Part shown: positions 56,850 through 64,000 of the stretch, piece after piece | Position numbering within the stretch: the first letter of the stretch is position 1 | Layout: every line of letters begins with the position of its first letter | Source of the DNA: Candidatus Latescibacterota bacterium | GTDB lineage: Bacteria; Latescibacterota; UBA2968; SICM01 | Length of the DNA stretch: 64,000 nt | Assembly (NCBI GenBank): GCA_965217865.1 | Contig: CBDCJO010000002.1 | Span: forward strand, 544,001-608,000 | Direction of reading: 5' to 3' | Translations under genes and position numbers: made by a program | The notes under the pieces: generated by a model | Seen by the model: only the letters and a program-made list of their open reading frames with translations | What the model was told of the DNA's origin: nothing | Databases searched by the model: none

Positions 56850-57853
56850 TCAAAGCCCGGGTCCTGAATATCCTTCGCGAGCGGGCTTTTGACAACTGGC
56901 TCGAACGGGGCGAGGCGGCGAAGTCTGGAAATTCATGCAGTTTGCGCAGTCCCTAAAAAGGCCGGGGCGGATCTCAAGGCCTCGAACCTCGCCGTCATCC
57001 AACGGGCCGCGACTGGAACGTGTCAATAGGAATGAGACTACCTCGCGGTCCAGGATGGAGTGTCGAAAAAATGTCCTTGGTAGTATTGGTAGTATATGAC
57101 GGTTAGAGGGGTTCACGCACCAGGTCGAGGAGCCGTGGCACCGGCGACGAATCAAAGAGACGGGGCTCCTCGTCTCTGGGTGCAGTTCCCAAGAATTCAC
57201 CGACGCGAAGAATCGTGGCGCGCTGCTGGCTTTCGCTCCCTCCCCCATCTGCTCCCACGAGTTCCTCGAACGACAACTTTGCCACCAAGGGATGGAATAG
57301 CAGCCAGCTGTTCCGACTGTACTTCTCCACGTGCTCACCCATGTGCGCGATTGCGAAGTCCAACTGAGCTGAAGCGCTTGGCATCGCCTCGAGTATCTCG
57401 GCGAAGATGACGTTCGAAGCGAATTGGCTGTAGGGCTCATTCGCCCGCTGAAGGAGATAGTTGACAAGGGACAGCAGCGAATCCCGTGGATCTCGATAGT
57501 TGAAGAGCATGCGAGGCTCCCGCTTAGAGCACCAGTCCAGGAGATGACTCCCAACCTTAAGTCCATGAAGGAACAGACAAGTCTGAGGAGGGTATTCTTC
57601 AAGCACACCCAACATCATGTCGGGTCGCGAACAACGAACGCCTGTCGCTTACACCAGGATCCTTCACATGAAGCCGAGTCAGGAGCTCGTCGAAACTGTC
57701 ACGAATGCCGTGGCCAATGCAGCGGTAGCCAAATACATCCGCCATCATGTGCGCCACCAGATTGGTGCCACTCTTCTGAAGTGACACGACCACTACGTAC
57801 GGCGGTGGACTGACCTTACCCATACACAAACCTCTGATATCAAAATACGGCAA
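56850..57853 (-). pseudogene. Sulfotransferase-family protein, frameshifted
   Basis: VVSLQKSGTNL (5'-PSB loop), FNYRDPRDSLLS (3'-PB), LSFEELV. Confidence 0.72.
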
Positions 57854-57899
57854 GAACAGGAAAGAGGGCAGGGGAATTGATACCCCATTGATTCGGAAT

Positions 57900-58544
57900 T
57901 CAGGATTCAGGATTCAGGATAATGTTCTTTAGTTCACTGAGCGACTGAATTCTGTAAGTGGCCTGTGTAAAATCATGGGATTTTGTGAAGTCATTATGAA
58001 CAATTGCACAGTCAATACCGGCAGCCACAGCCGAATTCAAGCCTCTGGACGAATCCTCGACAACCAGTGTTTCCTCTTTGGCAGCCCCCAAACGTTTCAA
58101 ACCGGTCAGGTAGGGTTCTGGATGCGGTTTGGTTTTATCATAATCCTCACGTACAAGAACAAAATCCATAAGTTTTGTGACCTGTCGCTTTTCATGGATG
58201 ATTTCAAAATCCACACCTTTGGCAGTAGTAACAATAGCCATACGTACATAATTTGAGAGTTCTTCAAGTGTTTCCAGAACACCATCAATCTCAATATCTT
58301 CTGTTCTGAGGTATTCCTGATAATAGACATCGCGTACTGCTCGCTGCTGACTGATTGTTGCTTCATCTATACCGGATGCTCTGGCCTGTGCCCATGTACC
58401 CATACTCTGGGTCATGTTTCGAAGGTACTGTTCTTTATCCAGAGTGAATCCAATGTCAGCCAGGGCCCGTTCACCAGCTTTGTAATACCAGAATTCAGTA
58501 TCCACCAGAACACCGTCATGATCAAAAAGTATGTATTTCTTCAT
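57900..58544 (-). CDS. HAD-superfamily hydrolase (IA)
   Basis: FDHDGVLVDTE, IVTT, KPHPEPY, VEDSSRG. Confidence 0.92.
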   Translation of the reverse strand: MKKYILFDHDGVLVDTEFWYYKAGERALADIGFTLDKEQYLRNMTQSMGTWAQARASGIDEATISQQRAVRDVYYQEYLRTEDIEIDGVLETLEELSNYVRMAIVTTAKGVDFEIIHEKRQVTKLMDFVLVREDYDKTKPHPEPYLTGLKRLGAAKEETLVVEDSSRGLNSAVAAGIDCAIVHNDFTKSHDFTQATYRIQSLSELKNIILNPES

Positions 58545-58859
58545 TATTCCAATCTCCTTAAACGCATTTGTTGGCCGGGCAAGCCAAGCGGTTTTCCTCA
58601 TATGTGGGGCAATTTATGGCTGAAGCGCTTGATTCGATGTCCAGCGTAGAGGTGAACGAATAGTTCCCGCGTGGCAGTTGGGTCGGGGCCGCAAGTTTCC
58701 TCATGGTTGGCTGGTGCGTCAGCACCTCGCTGGCGCACGAAACGGTACTCACGGCCCTGTCACGCGCAGTATTTTTCTCGATTTCACCGTAGCCCGACTA
58801 GTATCTATTGACATTTAAAACGAGCGTGCCGAATATTTGGTATCTCCCCGATCCGTTCG

Positions 58860-59311
58860 CTGTTGGGCTTGGCGACCGCCGCGACCGTGGAGTCCTCCGT
58901 CTTCTATGTCAATCATCCGACGAAGTGCGACGTGCTGCTCTATTCCGATCCGGGCATGGCTCCGACCGGCGCGGCGGAATGCAGCGACGATACCCCGGGA
59001 ATGAGCTCCAACGGCTTCGATCCGGGAGCCGGGTTCTCGGGCGGCCTCTCAGTGCAGGCTACGACTTGGGCAGGCTGCGCTTCGAGGTCGAACACCTGAG
59101 CCGCTACCAGGGGGATGACGTTTCGCCCCTCCGCGGGCGGGCGGCGGGAATGAAGTGCTGGCAGGCAAGTCCGGCGAGTGGAGTCCGGAAGAACCGCCCT
59201 CGGAAAGAATTTCCGGCTTCCGCGCCCACCAGTTCTTCGTGAACGCATACTATGATTTCGAGAACAACTCGCCCTGGAGGCCCTATGTGGGCACAGGTGC
59301 CGGCCTTGCCC
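58860..59311 (+). pseudogene. Outer-membrane beta-barrel (opacity-type) protein, frameshifted and truncated
   Basis: GYDLGRLRFEVE and NAYYDFENNSPWRPYVGTGAG in successive frames; cut by repeat copy 2. Confidence 0.7.
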
Positions 59312-59560
59312 GCGCAAGGCCGCTTCCGCTGTCCGGTGAACTGCCGTAAGCTGATGACCGGACCCACCGGGTCCGGCCGACGGGAAAAACAGAGAATCAG
59401 AGAATCCGGAGGAGATATCTCTGCTCAGCGGACGCAACCCCGCGGTTGTGCTCGGACCACAGGGGGAAACGCTTCGAAACAGAGAATCGGCAGAGAGGGG
59501 AAGGAGGTGGCACAAGTGTTTGTGAATACGACAGAAACGACAAGACCCCGAAGGGTTGCC
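59312..59560. repeat. Dispersed hairpin-rich non-coding element, copy 2
   Basis: Same orientation as 9819-10131; lacks an internal segment of about 65-70 bp. Confidence 0.9.
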
Positions 59561-59820
59561 ACTTACATCCGCGGCCGGCTCGACTTTCTCGCTGTTCTGA
59601 AATTCATGCCACTCCGCTACGACCTTGCCTTCCGGAAAGTCCATGAATCTAGGGGCGACACCCATCAGTATCTCCCGGGCTACTTCTTCGGGTGTCGATT
59701 GAAGAATGGCAGGCACTTCGCGTGAGGGGACATAGGGACGTTGGGTGTTGTCACATCACGGGATCTTTCGACCGCTGTTGCACATGGCACAGGCATCTTG
59801 ATGCATAGCCGGAATATTGG

Positions 59821-60354
59821 TCAACCCGCCAATTCTTTGTCAATCTGTTCGCGTCTGTCCGGGTATTTGTCCCTAAGCACGTGAACGATTCTGCGACTTC
59901 GTACATGATCATCGAACTTGGCCGTAGTCAGCCCGAGCGCTCTCGTGCATTGGGCACTCACTGTGTTGTATCTGACGTCAAGGTCTTTGGCAACGTGTCT
60001 GAATGCATCGCGGTATCCTTTACCGTTATACATCAGCTTGATTACCGGTATCAAGTAGTCCTCAAGGTTTTCGTTGCCCCGACGGCCTAGCTTCCGTTGT
60101 TCAACTGCGGAGGGCACGAGCCCTAGAGACGTGTCGCTCGTCCCTGCCGAGGGGTGACCCTCTACACCCAGATTCCCGAATTGGTTCTTGAGAGACCTAA
60201 AGCGTGCCTCCAGCGCGTTGTAGCTGCTTAGGAGTTTCTCTGCAGCCTCTAACAGTCGAGATCCGTCCATCACTTCACGTGCAGGTTCATTCCGCGCGGC
60301 CTGTTCAACACGTTTGCGTATTGATTCAATCATGTTGGCGATCTCCGTTCGCAT
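59821..60354 (-). CDS. Hypothetical coiled-coil + HTH-like protein
   Basis: AFRHVAKDLDVRYNTVSAQCTR resembles an HTH. Confidence 0.55.
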   Translation of the reverse strand: MRTEIANMIESIRKRVEQAARNEPAREVMDGSRLLEAAEKLLSSYNALEARFRSLKNQFGNLGVEGHPSAGTSDTSLGLVPSAVEQRKLGRRGNENLEDYLIPVIKLMYNGKGYRDAFRHVAKDLDVRYNTVSAQCTRALGLTTAKFDDHVRSRRIVHVLRDKYPDRREQIDKELAG

Positions 60355-60532
60355 GTGCTCTTGCAGCCTCCTCTTTGGACCTTGTGGTGGTTGTCTAAGT
60401 GAATTGTTTGGGTATTGTGGACACACCAAGAAGCAGTATATTTCCCAACGCGAGGCCGGAGAAGGTCCCGGCCCCGTCAAACGCTTATCGATCCGCCCGA
60501 GGTAGGTGCATACGAATGCGCCGATGGCCGAC

Positions 60533-60730
60533 TCACAGGTAGCACTCAGCCATGCCTTGTGCCTTCCCTTCCTCCAGGTATGCCCATAGTGCGGGATACC
60601 GTTCCTGGATCTGAGCTTCTTGCAACCTACAATCTAGCAGAAACAGCCGCCGCTCCAGCACTGGATTTCCGTTGCCGTCAGCCGTAACTTCGTCTTCCTG
60701 CAGATAGCGGGGACTTGGCAAAATCTTTCG
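60533..60730 (-). pseudogene. Type II adenine methyltransferase internal fragment
   Basis: LFLLDCRL...YPALWAYLEEG...YL. Confidence 0.5.
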
Positions 60731-60744
60731 ATTTCCTGAACCGG

Positions 60745-60884
60745 TAGTGCGTGATCCTCGCCCGGGTCACGCAGCCGAGGCGCGCCAGGTCCGCATAGTC
60801 CCGCACCTCGCCCCACCGGACCAGCCCCTCGAACCGTATCGCCAGGGCCGTCAGTCTCGATATGCGAGGTTTGGGAACGGACAA
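60745..60884 (-). pseudogene. Small HTH protein of the type found beside large serine recombinases, fragment
   Basis: PRISRLTALAIRFEGLV..GEVRDYADLARLGCVTRARIT. Confidence 0.6.
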
Positions 60885-60934
60885 CTTCGACGCCCGCCGC
60901 TCTTGAGGCGTGATTCAACAAAACTCAATGACGG

Positions 60935-61864
60935 TCAAGCAGTTTCGCTAAAGCTTGGTGATCCATTGGTCTGGATAACATAGTCGAAAGTAATCTCATC
61001 GAATTGACTACCACGAGTGTCATCCTTAATGTCGATGATCTTAACTGCTGCGAAAAACCCGTTCGCGTTCTTTAACACTGCGATCTGCCCGACTTTGGGG
61101 CGGCGAATCCAGGAAGAATCGTCGTAAGCCCTTGCGTCGTCTATTTCACCTATCTCTTGCTTGTCCTTGACCACTGCAACTGTGGAGATGCTATCAGAAT
61201 TCCTGAGAAGTTGGATGTCATGATCACTGGACTTGGACCAGCCCGTTTCAAACATTAGCTCGCCAGACCCAATGCTGAATCTTCCATCGTTGTTTGAATA
61301 GTCAAAAACTACCTTCCCTCTAGTCGCGGGCGATACGTACTTTTCGGAACTAGGGATGAATTTCTGGTTCGCAAATTGTTTGACTACTTCAAATGGATTT
61401 TTGCCAAGCGGGGGTATCGGTAGCAGGGGTTCATCCAGCAGAGACCTAAGAAGTTCCTCGTATCTTGCTTCGTAGAGATGATCATCATCGAAATCAATAT
61501 ACAAGGCGCCTTTCAAGAAAACCGGTAGCTTCTGATCGCCTGGGTTGTTTCGTATGACGGGAATTATCCACTCACGGTCAAGGTCGACCATGATCTCGGC
61601 GCTCATTATTCTCTTCTCGTAACCAACTCCGCCCTTTTTGTCATTCGCCTTCTTGACGTAGTTTTCCGAGCAAACACAAAGAATCCGGTGGGATTTTGTA
61701 AACCCGTTTTCGATAAATGCCGCCACGTCTTGACCCAGATCTAAGTTCCATCTATCCAAAATCGCATTCACGCCATTGGAGCGTAAACGGGTAGCCAGTT
61801 GAAGCACCCAGTTGGAGTGATCGTCACCGTCATGGGAGTAAGAAAAGAATACAGTTGGGGTCAT
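60935..61864 (-). CDS. TIR/SEFIR domain protein with beta-rich C-terminal domain
   Basis: VFFSYSHD..H..WV..LA..L..NGV..ILDRW, GGVGYE; C-terminal FDYSNNDG..IG.G..FETGWS. Confidence 0.88.
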   Translation of the reverse strand: MTPTVFFSYSHDGDDHSNWVLQLATRLRSNGVNAILDRWNLDLGQDVAAFIENGFTKSHRILCVCSENYVKKANDKKGGVGYEKRIMSAEIMVDLDREWIIPVIRNNPGDQKLPVFLKGALYIDFDDDHLYEARYEELLRSLLDEPLLPIPPLGKNPFEVVKQFANQKFIPSSEKYVSPATRGKVVFDYSNNDGRFSIGSGELMFETGWSKSSDHDIQLLRNSDSISTVAVVKDKQEIGEIDDARAYDDSSWIRRPKVGQIAVLKNANGFFAAVKIIDIKDDTRGSQFDEITFDYVIQTNGSPSFSETA

Positions 61865-62241
61865 ACTGGAGCCCTGATAGGTCTCGTTGTTTTCGGCGAT
61901 AACCGGAGTGCTCGCTCTACAATCTGCTTGTTTTGACGCCGTTGCGTGCACCGCTTCCCCCACTTTGCAATGGTCGTCAGGGACCGGACGACTCTCCACG
62001 AGGTGTGGATTGAGACGTCTCTAAGCCCAAGGCGGGCATTAAGGGGGTAGGCTCAAGATGGGGTATGGACCCGGTGGCCCTCCGGTTTTCAGTGCAGAGG
62101 AAGTGCTGGATTTGGTGGCATGGATGGTCAAGCGTGGCTGCCTTGACACGGGTAGAAAGCCCCCAAGGGCGCGTTTCGCATCCACGGCACCCTAACCCCT
62201 AGGAAGGGTTTTGGGAGAGCGGACGCCGTAGGGCCGCGCTT

Positions 62242-62309
62242 GCCGACCACCCCCTTCATCCCGTCGGTGATCCCGTCGATCAGATCCTTCAAGGCCATCC
62301 CGCGGCCCA
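62242..62309 (-). repeat. 68-bp exact inverted copy of antiporter gene segment 54116-54183
   Basis: Reverse complement equals TGGGCCGCGGGATGGCC...GGGGGTGGTCGGC. Confidence 0.92.
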
Positions 62310-62347
62310 ATTCGTTTGACAGGGTGCAATACCATGAACCCTTGACG

Positions 62348-63174
62348 GCTTCAATGGGGCCGCGATCTAACGATCGCGGAAATGAACCTGGATCACCGTC
62401 GAACAACTCACGCATTTCCTGCTTCAATGGGGCCGCGATCTAACGATCGCGGAAATATCCCGTTTTCCTCCCGTAGATTACCAGGGCAGAGGGCTTCAAT
62501 GGGGCCGCGATCTAACGATCGCGGAAATAAAGCATTCTCCTGCGGTTTGAAAGGTACCTGTTTGCTTCAATGGGGCCGCGATCTAACGATCGCGGAAATC
62601 CGGCTCTGGAACTCCGACTCCAGCCTTCTCCGAAAAGCTTCAATGGGGCCGCGATCTAACGATCGCGGAAATACGGACCAACGCTGCTTCTCATGTCGGC
62701 CGCGTCAAGCTTCAATGGGGCCGCGATCTAACGATCGCGGAAATTACATCCGTGCGGGCAGGAGGAGTAACTTATACTGCGCTTCAATGGGGCCGCGATC
62801 TAACGATCGCGGAAATAACGAGCTTAGGACCGGAGGCCTTGAAGTGGTGGGGCTTCAATGGGGCCGCGATCTAACGATCGCGGAAATAAGCTGGAGTTCC
62901 ACACTGTGCCGGTATTCCGGCCAGCTTCAATGGGGCCGCGATCTAACGATCGCGGAAATGGAGATGGGGCTCGCCGACGAAATTGTAGAGGTTGGGCTTC
63001 AATGGGGCCGCGATCTAACGATCGCGGAAATCATTCCGAATACCACGGCTGTATCTTCCTGTACATTGCTTCAATGGGGCCGCGATCTAACGATCGCGGA
63101 AATCCGGCCTTTCCGCAAAGGTCGCGGAGATTTGTGAGGCTTCAATGGGGCCGCGATCTAACGATCGCGGAAAT
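62348..63174 (-). CRISPR. CRISPR array, 12 identical 36-bp repeats and 11 spacers (35-37 bp), type I-G (I-U)-like repeat
   Basis: Repeat ATTTCCGCGATCGTTAGATCGCGGCCCCATTGAAGC (minus strand) at 62348, 62421, 62493, 62564, 62637, 62709, 62781, 62852, 62924, 62996, 63068, 63139. Confidence 0.98.
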
Positions 63175-63358
63175 AGCCGGCACCTTAACCAGAGTATTTT
63201 CAACGATCTGTCCGGACAAATGCGAGCGGCGACCTCCCAAACACCGATATCCGGGTCATTCATCTATCTCTCCTGCGTCCAACCGACTGTAAACATTGCC
63301 TGTTCAACCGACGCGAGCGCCCCCGGAATTTTCCGCGCCGCCTCGTCGCTCGCAACGT
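63175..63358 (-). promoter_or_regulatory. CRISPR leader
   Basis: Lies between the cas1 stop and the first repeat; repeated GCGAGCG/CGCTCGC motifs. Confidence 0.75.
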
Positions 63359-64000
63359 TCAACGCGTTACAAAAACGGGGTACTTGCCCAACTCGCCCTG
63401 GAGCGTTTTGGCGAGCAGACGGGCCTGGATTTCGAGTAATCGCCGATAACTGACACGATAGTCGAAGAGAGGATGCGTAACGAGCGTGTCCATCCGGGCC
63501 TCATACGCGCGGAAGAACCCCTTTCGCCCCGCAGCCGTCAACGAGACCGCGTCCCCCGCCGTCACGAAGTCACGCTCGGAGACCATCTTCGTGTTCACCG
63601 CGCTCAGCACGGCCGAATCCGCGATCAGGGGCCGTAACGGCTCCATCAGGTCCAGCGCCAGCGCCGGCCGGCCATGACGCGGCTGGTGATAGAAACCGAT
63701 CATCGGATCAAAGCCGACGGCGTAGCAGGCGACGGTCAGATCCTTCGCCAGGAGGCTATAGCCGAGCGACAACAGGGCGTTAACGGGGTCACGCGGCGGT
63801 CGCCGGTTCCGGGCCTGAAAATTGAAAGCGAACGCCGGATCGCCGTCCCACGCTTCGTCGCGTTTCAACATGCCGCCGAACAGCCCGAAATAGATGCGTG
63901 CCGCCCAGCCCTCGACGCCCAACAGCTCTTCGAGCGAACCTGCGGTTTCCGCTCGGCCCACGAGCCACTTCAATTCCCGCAACGCTGCCGTGGGCGGTTC
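63359..64000 (-). CDS. cas1: CRISPR-associated Cas1 (possibly Cas4-Cas1 fusion), 5' end outside the window
   Basis: LLGVEG.AARIYF, RNRRPPRDPVNALLSLGY, GFYHQ...RPALALDLMEPLRPLIADS. Confidence 0.96.
   Translation of the reverse strand, partial: EPPTAALRELKWLVGRAETAGSLEELLGVEGWAARIYFGLFGGMLKRDEAWDGDPAFAFNFQARNRRPPRDPVNALLSLGYSLLAKDLTVACYAVGFDPMIGFYHQPRHGRPALALDLMEPLRPLIADSAVLSAVNTKMVSERDFVTAGDAVSLTAAGRKGFFRAYEARMDTLVTHPLFDYRVSYRRLLEIQARLLAKTLQGELGKYPVFVTR

Noticed and set aside
58808-58837. Sigma-70 promoter with TTGACA
   Set aside because: The -10 match is weak and the downstream gene is a pseudogene.
62384-63138. Self-targeting by the 11 regular spacers
   Set aside because: I saw no match within the window by eye; an alignment is needed to exclude it.
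62128-63453. ORFs 62128..62427, 62382..63137, 62858..63292 and 63145..63453
   Set aside because: They are translations of CRISPR repeats, spacers and leader.

Overview
This 64-kb window is a heavily decayed, IS-riddled defence/accessory island; many genes survive only as fragments. Recognisable defence content: a type 1 BREX remnant (3' pglX, frameshifted pglZ, intact brxL); a type I R-M locus (hsdM and hsdS intact, hsdR truncated); two paralogous nuclease-like + P-loop NTPase + long helical proteins (STAND/Avs-like); a Z1 + DUF4420 (Mza-like) remnant; a TIR/SEFIR protein; SIR2, Mrr, Dam and type IIG fragments; and a type I-G-like CRISPR array (12 repeats) next to cas1. Mobile elements include two IS1182/IS5-like copies, IS256, IS3, IS630, IS1595, IS110 and IS200 remnants, a MITE and a tRNA-Pro att half-site. 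The best candidates for undescribed biology are: (1) a compact operon of a JAB-E1(ThiF) fusion, an ABC-type ATPase and a PIN nuclease; (2) a PheRS-alpha-like catalytic domain fused behind a sigma-70 region 4 remnant; (3) a 68-bp exact copy of a local antiporter gene at the trailer of the CRISPR array; (4) a ~250-310-bp hairpin-rich non-coding element present twice. All family calls come from motif recognition by eye; no database searches were run. Some frameshifts may be long-read indel errors.
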